In this document: positions 37,469 through 49,394 of the stretch, one piece after another | Position numbering within the stretch: the stretch's first letter is position 1 | Layout of the letters: every line of letters starts with the position of its first letter | Notes under the pieces: generated by a model | The model's database searches: none | What the model was told of the DNA's origin: nothing | The model's input: the letters and a program-made list of their open reading frames with translations, nothing else | NCBI GenBank assembly: GCA_000002445.1 | Contig: CP000067.1 | Coordinates: 1,504,001-1,568,000 of the forward strand | Length of the DNA stretch: 64,000 bases | Direction of reading: 5' to 3' | From: Trypanosoma brucei | Lineage: Eukaryota | Translations under genes and position numbers: made by a program

Positions 37469-39310
37469 TTAAAACAGCAAGGCCACAAATGCAGCAGAAA
37501 CCACGCTGAGGGCGAAGTGTTTGTTTACTAGAATAGAAGAATCTTTGCATTTGTCCTCAATCCAACCACAAACTTTTGCCTTTCCTGTTGGAGGAGTGCC
37601 TGGCACTACCTCGCATGTCTCCTTAGTTGTATGGCTAGAGCAATTTACTCCAGGTTTGGCTCCCTCTGTTGGCTTTTCTGCCCCTTTTACCGCTTCCTTC
37701 TTGCCTTCCTCACTCAAGGTGCACTTTTTTCCCTCGTCGCCTTTTGGGTTGAAAACGCAGCCCTGGGGTTTTAGCTTATCACACTCATCTTGTTTGTCCT
37801 CGCCTTTGGTATTGCATTCTTTTTCCGCTTCCTGTTGTTTTAGTTTACTTGTGCTTATCTGCTTGGCCGCTGCTTTCGTTGCGCCTGTTGTGGCTTCCTT
37901 TGGGAGTGTCGTTATGTGTAGAGCCGCTGCCAATGTCTCGTTGAGAGCTTCTATCATTGCCTCGGCTGTGGCTTGTTCTTGTGCTCTTTGTTCGTAATGA
38001 TCTGCTGCTGTTGCAGCCTTTTCGAGTTCGCCGATCCACGCTGGCAAAGCTATCGTGTTTGCTGCGGATGTGAATGTAGCGCAGGCCGTGGCACCTGCCG
38101 CGTGGTTTCCATCGCAATTGCCGGCTGCGCTGCCGCTTGCTGGGTTGCCTATATAACCTATGTTTCCGTTGGTGCCTTTTGGTTCATATATGAGCGCAGT
38201 TAGGGCCCTTGTTAGCTCCTTCAGCGTTTCCGCCGTCGCTGATTTTACTGTGGGTGCTTCGGTCCTGCATTTTGTTTTGATTGCCTCCCAGTCGGCTATG
38301 TCTGTACCCGTGTTCCAGGCTGCCTGCGTCTCTGTGGCCGTTGTATAGCACCCTGTGTTGCTGCCGGCGCTCCCGGAGCCTGAGCTGCAGAGACAAGCTA
38401 TGGTCGCAGCTACTGAAATTGTTGCCGACGCTCCCGCCGAGTTGGCAGTCCCACAGTGTTGCTGGCGGTCGTTGCCTGCGCCGAGGAGTTTTGGGACCCT
38501 GTCTGTGCCCGCGCCTCCGTACGCTGCCTTTTTCAGGGCTGTGGTTATTTTCTCTTTATCTGCAGTGTCTCCGCCATCACGTGCGAGCTTATTTGCTGCC
38601 GCCAGCAATTTCTCCACAGTCTTATTCACGTTTCGGCGGAGGCTACCTTTGTCGCTGGCTAAGCTTCTGAGTGCCGTCTGCGTTTCTTCTGGCAGGGTTT
38701 CTAGGTAGGCGGCGGCATCTATACATTGGAGTCGAGCGCTGCCGCGGCACTTTTAGTCGAGTTCCCCTTCCGCCGGCTTGGTTTGCCGCTCTGCCTTTGC
38801 GGTATCTGCAAGCTGCTGAATTGCTGGGTAATGAACTAGTATTAAATTTATGTGGCCTGCGATCTTTGCCGCTTCCTTGGCGCCCTGCCCTGGTTGCGGC
38901 AGGTCTTTGACATTATCTGAAGAAACAACTGCTCTGCACAGCAAGCCGAACTCTCTCCTGTTTATGCCCTTGTCTGGCCCGTTGGCAGAGCCACGGTTTG
39001 TTGACAGCTGCAAGAGGGCTGCTACCTCTACGGCTAAAGCAAGCATTGTTCTGGCTACATCTCCTGGCGTCATTTTGCCGTGTGGCGTTGTTGTCGTGGA
39101 TGGCCTAAGGCTGCTGCTTGTGTGCTGTTGCTGTGCTTCTCGGTAGTGGCTCCCCTTTGATTCTTTGAGGTTGTGAAGTTTGTGTAATTCCGCCTTCAGT
39201 TTTGTGGCTATCGCTCTGCAGATTACCTTTGCCGTCCTTGTTGCTTGTGCCGTGTCCCTGTCTTCTTTTGTTGTCCTTAGCTTTCCTTCTCCAACAGGTG
39301 TCAGTGGCAA
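37469..39310 (-). pseudogene. VSG: VSG pseudogene (long 3' ORF intact, N-terminal region frame-broken, no signal peptide)
   Basis: ORF 37469-38629 (386 aa) ends CKDSSILVNKHFALSVVSAAFVALLF. Its C-terminal domain ECNTKGEDKQDECDKLKPQGCVFNPKGDEGKKCTLSEEGKKEA is near-identical in type to that of VSG 17320-18795. The upstream ORF 38753-39310 is in another frame and lacks a hydrophobic leader. Confidence 0.75.
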
Positions 39311-40789
39311 ACTCTGTGTATTCGAATCCTGTACTGCTATTTCCTTTTACTGGAGTTAAGAAAAACCAATTCAGGCATATACAATATGATATTTTATTCA
39401 CATTTTCTTAGGTGAGTTTTTAAAATCTAGTATTTATGAACATCCTGACACCATTTTTAAATAAAAAAAATGTGTTTTCGACTTGCAAAGAAAGCCAAAT
39501 GATATTTTAGGTAAATGATTTTGCATAAATGAAGAAAAGTGACTCACACATTAGGAAATGTAAATTATCACTATAATTCGCTGTATTTGGCATGTATTTT
39601 AACTTGTAAAAAGGTTGGCTTCACCATAGAAATCCATGCAAAATATGACATAAATTTTGTTTTCGACAGATTTCCACACTCATTTGAAGTTTATAGGATA
39701 CTATATCTATCACCCGCATATCTTCCAAGGTCTGATTCTGTGATTCTTTAAAATATCACACATATTTTGTGTTTGAAAAATCATGTTGTATGGATTCTAA
39801 TCTGTTATATCTACTACTAACTGCTTTGAGGTACATCCAGCTCTAGCAAAACTGTGAGGTCTGTGCTTAGATCGTATTCGCGGGTTGGTTGGGATTTCTG
39901 CAGGACCTGCTTGCTTTTATGTTGTTCCAGCTTAAGGTTTGATAGCTTAGGACTTATTTTCGACTCCTTTGGCTTCTAGCACATCTTTTTCGCTTACTAT
40001 AAATGAATATGCCCTTGTTTATACTATTAAGCACTCCATCGACGAAAGTCGTTAATGGTTTGCTGCCATACCAGTATAAAATTGGTTAGGTTTAGCTGGA
40101 AATTATGTTTAATTCACAAAACTCTGTAAATGATATATATATATATATGTTATCAGAAGTAGTTTCTGCGTTTTAATTTTTTTATCTTTGTGGAAATCTA
40201 TTAGTAGTGGTAGTTTTCAAACCATTCTTAATAATATTATATTGATTCACACGATTATTAGTCATTATTTATATATCTGATAATAAGACTTCAGCATTAC
40301 ATTACACATATACAAAACCTTTATCCTCACCCATATTCGGTTCATTTAAATATCTGTTTATTAAAATCTGGCATAAGAATACCTATTACAGTTATAACTA
40401 CCTTTTCTGTAGGAGTACGCATTCATTTTTTAATAAAATATGGGTATCATCAGCTTATTACCTTTCTTATAATTCTGATGTATTATGTTTTTCACTTTTA
40501 GGTCGCTCACTGATAATAGCGTGGAGAATACACTTTTCCTCCACACTCAATTCTGTTATTTCCTCAATATCCCCTACGTCATCTGTGGCTGTTCGATATT
40601 GGAAATAGTAATGCACGTTTTTAAAACTGCATATATTCCATCTATTATTTCACTTTGACTTCCTATCGATACGCGTTTCCTCTAAAGTAATATTCTTTGT
40701 CTTCTTCCACTTACTCACTTGCTCTCATCCTACCCCTATAATCGCTTTTAGTTCCACTATTTTAGCTGCAGATTGAGTTTCACCACCAC

Positions 40790-40890
40790 TCTTATTATAA
40801 TATTTGTATATAAACTCTCACAACACTCTCCTATCATTATATATTATTACTATTACTATTTCCATTATCATCATTAGCATTACTGTAATC
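40790..40890 (-). repeat. 70-bp repeat
   Basis: tatataaactctcacaacactctcctatcattatatattattactattactatttccattatcatcattagcattactg. Confidence 0.65.
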
Positions 40891-41163
40891 TTAACTTATG
40901 CCCATAAAACAAACTGAAATATACCAAGTTATAAAATTGGATTAAAGATCATTTTTATACCATATCAAATTATTGCTTTGTATCCATAGACATGTTTCCG
41001 ACACATGTGTATACTTGTATTTTCCAAATTTTACGATTGTAACATATTCATCAAAAATTATTAAAGTGTATCTAAGTTCAGTAAATGTTACCATATTATA
41101 TCAAAATAGCATATTTTAATGATTTCGTAAAATTGGTCAAAAATCCATAAAATTTTAAAGTCC

Positions 41164-42715
41164 TTAAAACGCTACCAAGCAATCAAAAACTACGGCAATC
41201 AGAGCAAATTGTTTGCCTGCTAGAAAACTACCATTGCGACACTTTTCTGTATCCTTGTCATCCTCATTATCTTTACCAGTTTCTAAATGCGCAATTTTGC
41301 TTGTCTCCTGTTTTGTCATTTTCACAGGCCGTCTTGTCATTTCCGTGCCTTGCACACCCAGTTGAAGCTCCTGTATCTGGTCCTCCCGCTTGATCTTGTG
41401 CTCCTTCTGCTGGGTTTTCTGTTGTTGCCTTAGGTTTGCATTCCTTTTTGCTGTTATCATAAACGCAATGCTCGCTTGGGCATTCTGCTGGGGTTTTGTT
41501 TTGTTTTGGGCACCGCTGCCGGTCCTGGCCGCTTAGCGATTTGGGTGTCGAAGCTTCTGCGCTTGCCGTAGCAAAGGTCAGTATGTCCTCCTTTGTATAT
41601 TATAGGTTTGCTTCTTCTTGTAGGGCTTGTAGGTTTGCCTTAATATGTGTCCGCCTTATTGTCTCCTCTTTGTATTTTTGATATTTTTGTGCAGCTATCC
41701 GCAGTTGCTTTACCAATGGCACCTTGTTGAAGCCACCATCATTGCCTTGGTAGTGTGCCGCGTAGTCGACGCAGTTGTCGTTGGCCGAGGCTGTACATGT
41801 TGTGGTCGTGGAATACCCTAGCATTACGGTGGTCGCCTTCGCATTCTGTTTCGCTATGAGCGCCTGCACAGTCGCTAATGCTGTGTTTATCTCTGTGCCC
41901 AGGTCTGTCACATCGGCCTTGCTTGGGCATGCGTCAGTCGTGTCTTTGATGCGGTCATTGTTGTTGCCGGATCCCGTGCCTACTGCTTTGTTGCGAGTGT
42001 CGGTCGGCCCACACGCGTCGTCTGAGTCGTCTGCGCAGATACACACTATATCGTGTCCTAGAGCTAGGCCATTTTGCGCCTTTGCGCATTTTGTCGCTTT
42101 GCCACTCATCTCGCCTACCTTTTTACAGGTAGCAGTCGTCGGGTTGTATTTGAAGTCGGCTCCAGCTCCGCACATGGCCGTGGTCAGTGCCGTATTTATT
42201 TGCTTTATCAGGCTGCCTCAGTCGTCTGCCGGCTCCGCTTTGAGCTCTGCGGCTAGCTGTTCTGCCGCCTCAGCTATTTTTTTTATGGCATGGCGCGAGT
42301 GCGCGACCAAAGGACCTTTTTGTTTTAGCGGATTATTTTCTAGCCACTTTCCACTGCCGGTCTCTTTTGTATGCTTCCTGTGCTGCCGCCATGTTTCCCA
42401 CTTGTCTTTCCAGTATAGCGAGTTTTCTGCCGCTTTTAGCGTATCTTTCATTTTGTCCCACTTGCCTTCGGGTTCAGGCGTGTCTAGCAAGGCTTTCCAT
42501 TTGTCGTCGGCAATGCTCGTGTTATAATAAAGTATTTCGAGATAGTTCGCGTCCTCGGCCGGTGGCTTGAACGGCTCTATTTGGCCCTTGCTGGTCAGCC
42601 TCCAGGCGTTGCATAAGGCAAGGAATTCCACCTGGGCGTCTCCGGCCGTTACCGTCGTCTGTTTTGTAGCTGTCATTAGATCCAGAAGCAGAAGCAGGTT
42701 GTAGCAGCTGTGCAT
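41164..42715 (-). pseudogene. VSG: VSG pseudogene (in-frame TGA near 42215 plus a frameshift near 41460-41600)
   Basis: The N-terminal ORF 42218-42715 (MHSCYNLLLLLDLMTATKQTTVTA...) is followed in the next frame by ORF 41600-42175. The C-terminal ORF 41164-41460 ends EKCRNGSFLAGKQFALIAVVFDCLVAF. Confidence 0.75.
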
Positions 42716-43116
42716 TGCTGATTTTTCAGCTTGGTCGGCTTTATACTTTACCTCTTCGGGATAGTGTCCAGTAGGCTGCCGTAATTCTCTCTGTTGTTGG
42801 TGGCTAACGGTGCTTGGTGTTATTTACGTTCGTTGGTACTATCCTTAAAAGAAAACTCCTGCAAAATCGGATCAGAGAGCATTGGTTCATGGGTTGAAAA
42901 GCAGTGAGGGCCATGCGCTAAACCGCTTCTTTTTTCCTCTCATAGCCGTTTTTCTTACATGCTATGTATGTAGATTATGAGAATCATCCGTTGGCTGGCG
43001 CCGCGCGGTTCCATACTTTTGTAGTCGGTACTTCTTGCAGAAGTTTTTCCGACATCTCGTTTATATTTTCTTAGTCTTAAATAAATCCCCTCCTTAAACG
43101 CATCACCACAAATATT

Positions 43117-44229
43117 TCAATATTTAAAATCCAATTTCTTTCCGGATACTGCATAAGTTTGCAGTTTCCAAATGTTATTTTTTTTAATTCCTTGCTTTTT
43201 TAATTTGCCATACCAACTTAGGTTTACCATAATTCCCCTTGCCCTCTCTCTCCAAGAGAACACGTTTGCTGCAAGATGAATGAATTCAGTTTCTCCAATT
43301 GGACCACTGAATAGGATTAAAAAGAAATGTTCTTTATAATTCAATCCAATCATTATTCTTGGTAAAAGAAGTCTATAACCTATATTTGTCTCTTTGCACA
43401 CACTCAAAGGAAGCAATGGCTTATAAATACTTTGTTCTGACCACCATTCATCCTTCATTTTAAGCATTATATTAAACGCTTTCTCAAACTTTCTGAATGC
43501 CCAAACTCTGGCTATTATACCATCTACATTCAAGTAACCTTTATGATTTGCAGGCCACTTAATTAGGTGCGTTAGGTTTAGCTGCTCCTCTGCCAGATAG
43601 CAGCTTGAAAGAACCAGTAACATCTTTCCACATGCTCTCTGTGTTCTGAGTTCATAAGTAAACCCAACTGGGGTACACAACACTGTGGAGTTGACATGAA
43701 TAGAGTTGGAGATATTTGTCCATATTTTACTATGTCTTCTTCCATAAACTTATCTTGGCTAGCTGCAATATTTTATATAATATACTTTACAGCATTTTCA
43801 TACTTATTTCCATCACTAACAATAACATTAGACCCATCTACGGTTATTACAATATCCTCATTACTTGCATTCTGTCTTTCTAAAAAATTCCATAACCCAT
43901 CTAGGGTTCTTAACATTACTATACAAATCTCTCATCTCAATTGTAATAATTTCAATATTACTTAGTTTGGCACTCAATATGAATCTACACCATCCTTGAG
44001 TTACATGAGATTGAACTACAACAACAAATACTCTAGGATTCTTATGCTCATTATGCGTTATATTTGTTATTTCATTTGTGTTATTATCTTGAATAGTTAT
44101 TAAGCTTAAACACGCCAAAAGTAATACCAGTGACAAGAGTAATAGCAAAGATCTCAAGATAACAAATATCTTTACGCAGAAAACCTTTAAATTTTTAGAA
44201 AATACTATGAGGAAAAAAGAGTTTAACAA
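43117..44229 (-). pseudogene. beta-1,3-glycosyltransferase-like (GT67-type) pseudogene, frameshifted
   Basis: ORF 43861-44229 encodes a signal-anchor (VILRSLLLLLSLVLLLACLSLI) plus RVFVVVVQSH, a motif equivalent to FVVAGIPS in the 2459-3271 copy. ORF 43117-43683 continues the catalytic domain in another frame. It is a paralogue of the 2459-3271 ORF. Confidence 0.5.
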
Positions 44230-45060
44230 GAGAAGTCGGTTGAACCACTAAGACACTTAGCCGATGAATCATTTCCTACACATGTATAAGAAATTATCTG
44301 ATACCTCTATGATACATCTGTTTAAGGGTGTATGCTCAATATCTAAAGCCAACATATGTGTATGCATTTGCGGGTTTTGTTATAAAAGTTAGCTTGAATC
44401 ACAGCTGCTGCAGCGTACTACACGCATTCAGCTGTTTCCTTGTCTTTTATACATTGCTGTTTTTATTAATTGCTATGGTAATTGTAGTATACATGTACAA
44501 CATGTGGTTCAGATGTACTAAGAATATCACTAGTTTACTGTCATGACAGTCCCAACATCATTTTTTATTATAAGACCTTCATAACAATAGTTTCATTAAT
44601 TACTTCTCTTAATGTTCTTGTTACAGTCATCCTTGCAATACCAGCCATCCATTTCTGTGTGAAATAAGGGTAACCACTGACCTCTTCCTGTATACTTTTT
44701 AAAAATTATTATTGTTACTCCGTCTAATAAGCTTTTGTATTCTGTGTTTTTTTAACTTTTTTATATACTTTTCCGCTGTTTCTGTGTATAATCTATCGAC
44801 TCCAATTGGAATGTACACTATACTCTGTTTGTCTATTTCATATCCCCTAGATCATCCTGCGTATGGTGGTGCCCATAATTATATTTTTGTTTGGCGCTGC
44901 GCATATTCTATTTCCTTCACTTTCTGCTCTTCTTTTAATATTCCTCGTGCTCTCCCGCTTCGTCTCACTCATTTCTTCACTCACTCTCTTACTTTAATTT
45001 CACCACTTCTAATGTTTTAAGTGTTTATATTTTACCACTACATTCAAGTTTCAGAATCAC

Positions 45061-45140
45061 CACATTATAATATTATTAAATATAAATTCACAAATCCCCC
45101 ATCATAATAATTATTGTCATTACTATTACTATAGATAATT
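45061..45140 (-). repeat. 70-bp-repeat-type element (triplet-rich)
   Basis: cccccatcataataattattgtcattactattactatag. Confidence 0.4.
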
Positions 45141-45372
45141 CTCACTAATATTCACGTAACTTCTGATATCCATTTAGTAAACAAAATTAAACATCAGTCT
45201 TTATTTTAAACCGTATTACTCTACTACTTCATGCACATAGACAACTTTCATACGAAAATTTCAGATTTTATACGCCTTATAAATTTCATTAATTTACACA
45301 TTTTTATCAGAAAGTGTTAAAATATGTTGAAAATTCTAGAATATTTAATAAATTTTCATGAATTTCATGAAA

Positions 45373-46010
45373 TTAAGTAAAAATCTCTAAAATGACACTA
45401 AACTCACAAAAAGCAGCAGCCATCAGTGAAATTTTGTTATTTAAGAAAAAACTAGTATCTTTGCAAGTTTTGCCCTCCAACGTACAATCCGTGGCTTTGC
45501 GGTCATCTTTGTTGGTATATTTGGAGCACTTGGAGTCAGTTTTCCCATCTTTCCCTGTTTCTTGGTTTGCTGCTGCCTTTTCAGCGGCTTCTTTTGTCAA
45601 GGTGCACTGCTTCCCTTTGTCGTTTTTATCGACAAAATGGCATCCTTCCGTTTCGATGCATTTGGTTTTGTTTTTTCCTACGTCGTTAAAAATTTGCTTT
45701 GGTGTTGTCGCTGCTCCTTTGCTAATTTGCTTTTCTAATTCTGCAAATTTCCCTTTTAAAGCTTTGGTATTGAGGTCCTGGTAGTATGCCAGTGTTGCCG
45801 TTAGGTCCTTCAGTGTTGAAAGTGGTGTCAATGGAACTTTTTCCGTTCCTTTGGCATTGAAGTTGTGGACTTGTGCTGTGCCGAAAGCAGTGTTGTACTC
45901 TTTCCATTGTTGCTTTCAGCCCAAAGGCTGTCTTAATTTCTTTTTTTAGCGGCTATTCTTCAGGTTGCGCTATTGTATCTTTGTTTTTAACTAGCATGGC
46001 GTAGACTGTC
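45373..46010 (-). pseudogene. VSG: VSG 3' fragment truncated by ingi insertion
   Basis: ORF 45373-45831 is a C-terminal domain (CIETEGCHFVDKNDKGKQCTLTKEAAEKAAANQETGKDGKTDSKCSKYTNKDDRKATDCTLEGKTCKDTSFFLNNKISLMAAAFCEF). N-domain-like sequence continues, with stops, up to the ingi 5' end. The 16-mer-like gtgttaaaatatgttg at 45314-45329 is downstream. Confidence 0.6.
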
Positions 46011-46262
46011 TTGAAGTCAGGATCCCTGGCGATGCTGGCCACATCAACGTGGTGCCAGGGTCCAGTACCCCGTATCATCGGGGCAAGCCAAGAGCCAGCA
46101 GCGTTCTTCTCATGGGGAACACTGCTGTGCTCCGGCTACGGCATCATACAGCACAGGGATCAGCAGCGTCTTGCTGGGACACCGTTCTTCATTTGTCGGT
46201 CCCTGGGCACGTGCCAGCGTGCCATCAGCAGTATCATCCGCACTAAGATGCTGCTGTCCGGT

Positions 46263-46286
46263 GATGTGGAAGAGAATCCCGGCCCG
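46263..46286 (+). other. 2A-like self-cleaving (ribosome-skipping) peptide motif DVEENPGP in the ingi ORF
   Basis: gat gtg gaa gag aat ccc ggc ccg encodes D(V/I)ExNPGP at residues 85-92 of the ORF, upstream of the endonuclease domain. Confidence 0.8.
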
Positions 46287-48164
46287 TCGTTGTGCGGGAT
46301 GCAGTGGAACTGCGCCGGGCTAACTCAAGGAAAGAGATTAGCACTCCACAAAACCCTTGTTGATGAGCGGATCGCCTTTTGTCTGTTGAGCGAGACAAGA
46401 ATGACGCCTGGAGAGGCGGCTTGCTTTAGCGTTGCTGGCTACCAACATCACGGAATAGCTCTTAACTGCAAAGGAGGTTGTGTATCAATACTAGTGAGGG
46501 AGGGCCTACCAGTCGAGACCGGTATGGCCGTTGTTGGTCGCATTGAACAAGTGCATGCAGAAATTCACCTTGCACGTGGAACGGCGCTGTATTCTCCTTA
46601 TAGAGATCACCATCACATATTTTTCGACGTTATCGTTGGAGACGACACAGATGCACTGAGCTGCCCGCGGCCTCGAAAGCCCATGTACGCATGGTTAAAA
46701 GCTGACTGGAGGAATTTCCGTCTCAAGGTTGACGAGCTCTGCAGGAAAATTGGTAGAGAGAATAACGTCAACACCCTGAAACAGAAATTGAGCTTCGACA
46801 TCTGCATTGCAACGAAGGTCTCCGTCCCCCGTGGCTGCAGAGCAACGCCACCACATTGGACACTTGAGCTCGCGAAACTCGATGAAGAGATCGCTGGATG
46901 CGGACCCTCCCACCGAAGGGAAAAGTTGGTAGCCACGCGTAAGCAGATCCTGGACCGTACCACAAAGAAGAGATGGAGCACGCTATGCTCCAGACTTGCG
47001 GTGTCAGACCGCTGCAGTTGGCACATTGTCAAGAAGGTATATGCGCCACGACCACTAACAACACCGGCTGTACTTGTTGATAACGCGGCCATAACGGACT
47101 ACCGTCAAGCTGAGAGGTTCAGTAAACTGTACTCGTCCCGCGCAACAAGGCACCCCGACTCACACCCACAAGCACACATAAAGACGATAGCGAGTGAGTT
47201 TAGTCCCATCACGATGGCTGAACTACGGAGATCGATCAAACTGCTACCGAGTGGATCCGAAGCCGGACCTGATTGCTTATACAACGAGACACTGCAACAT
47301 ATCGGTAGAACAGCGCTGAATGTTGTTCTGAGGCTATTCAGTGAGAGCCTACGAACGGAAGTCGTGCCGTCTGCATGGAAGACTGGTGTTATCATCCCCA
47401 TCCTGAAGGCCGGAAAAAAGGCGGAGGACCTCGACTCTTACAGGCCTGTGACGCTCACGAGCTGTCTCTGCAAAGTCATGAAGCGCATAATTGCCGCGAG
47501 ACTTAGAGACACTGTTGAGTCCCAGCTGACGCCGCAGCAATCAGGCTTTCGCCCCGGATGCTCAACGCTCGAACAACTCCTGCACGTCCGCGCTGCCCTC
47601 TGCCGTCCCACGCACCAATCTCATACGGGTGCTGTATTCGTCGACTACGAGAAGGCATTCCATACAGTAGACCACGACAAAATTGTGAGGGAAATGCACA
47701 GAATGAAGGTATCACCCCACATTGTGAAGTGGTGCGTATCATTTCTGAGTAACCGAACTGGCAGAGTGAGATTCAAGGAGAAGCTTTCCAGAAGCAGAAC
47801 ATTTTAGCGAGGAGTGCCACAAGGAACTGTCCTTGGCCCAATCATGTTCATTATTGTCATGAACTCGTTGAGCCAGCGCCTTGCAGAAGTGCCGTTACTG
47901 CAGCACGGATTCTTTGCAGACGACCTGACGCTACTTGCGAGGCACACAGAGAGGGATGTCATCAACCACACACTGCAATGCGGTCTAAACGTGGTGTTAC
48001 AGTGGTCAAAAGAGTACTTCATGTCTGTCAACGTAGCGAAAACAAAGTGCACACTCTTCGGGTGTATAGAGCGCCACCCCCTTACATTATAACTGGACGG
48101 CGAAAGAATAGGAGCTGACAGGACACCGAAGCTTCTAGGAGTAACATTCCAGTGTCTGCAAGGG

Positions 48165-49394
48165 ATGGCAACACATGCGACCGAAACGAGACGCAAGATG
48201 GACTTCAGACTACTGCAGATAGCAGCCATCTCAGCTTCTACATGGGGGCCAAGACGACAAGTACTGAGAGCTTTTTATCTAGCACTCGTACAGGCACACA
48301 CCATGTATGGCGTTGAGGTATGGTACTGGGACGCTTCGGAACGAAGTCGCGACCTCCTTGCATCAGCACAACACAAAGCCAGTCGCATCATAGCCGGCAT
48401 ACCGCATGGGACGCGCAAAGAGGACTCTCTGCTGGAAGCAAACCTCCTGCCACTCAAGACGACCACTCCTGTGCGCAGCATGAAATTCATGCTGATGTGT
48501 GAGTCACGAGGCGGATGTTTGCACCGCAGTGCTGAGGAAGTATACCACAGCAAACATCCAGTCAGAGCCCTACATTCCCGCATCATGCGGTCCTACCCCC
48601 ATCTCCACATTAAGCCACGCGAGCACCCACTAGAGACATCGACGCTCCGCCACAGCTGCCGACCGCTATTTCACACGCAGATAAAGCCTGTGTGCGCTGA
48701 TGACCCTGACGATGTCAAAAGGGAGGTTTCCGAAAAGTGGATTGCACGGCATTTTGCACGGAGGGGGAAGGAGCCACCACGGCGAGAGCACTACGAATTG
48801 TGGACTGATGGATCCGTGTCCCTCGGTGAGAAGTCCGGAGCAGCTGCCCTGCTCTACAGAAACAACACGCTGATTTGCGCACCCAAAACCGGAGCAGGGG
48901 AACTCTCATGCAGTTACAGAGCGGAATGCGTAGCATTAGAGATAGGACTGCAACGGCTGCTGAAATGGCTTCCGGCATACAGAAGCACACCGAGCATGTT
49001 GTCCATCTTCTCTGAGTCGCTGTCAATGTTAACAGCACTGCAGACAGGCCCCCTAGCCGTAACGGACCCAATTCTAAGACGACTATGGAGGCTTCTGCTT
49101 CAAGTTGAGAGAAGGAAGGTGCGTATCCGACTGCAATTTGTATTTGGTCATTGTGGCGTGAAACGGAATGAGGTTTGTGATGACATGGCCAAAAAGGCCG
49201 CTGATTTACCACAGTTGCGAGACACACGGATCCCTGACATCATTTCTTATGCGAAGCGAGTGCTCAGGTCGGAAGAAGTCCATGAGAACACTCATAGGTT
49301 TGGTATCACGGGCAACCACTTTCCAACAAAACATAAGGAAGAACTGACGAGGGAAGAAGAAACGGCACTGGCACGCTTTCGGGTTGGGTCTTAA
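48165..49394 (+). pseudogene. ingi polyprotein segment, RNase H region (frame-broken from the RT segment)
   Basis: The segment contains TDGS ... AELVALEIGLQRL-type RNase H motifs. It is in a different frame from the 46011-47807 RT-containing ORF. Confidence 0.7.

Noticed and set aside
40137-40152. Microsatellites: (AT)n runs at 20807-20822 and 40137-40152, and (CT)n(TA)n at 51130-51160
   Set aside because: These are short simple-sequence tracts (under 20 bp) with no regular higher-order structure. They are typical of AT-rich intergenic trypanosome DNA.
46011-46031. ORF 46011-47807 begins at an ATG upstream of the ingi 5' end
   Set aside because: The ATG at 46011 lies in flanking VSG-derived sequence before the Pr77 hallmark. 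The biologically meaningful start is more likely the ATG in atgctggccac (~46032), so the first codons are a reading-frame artefact.
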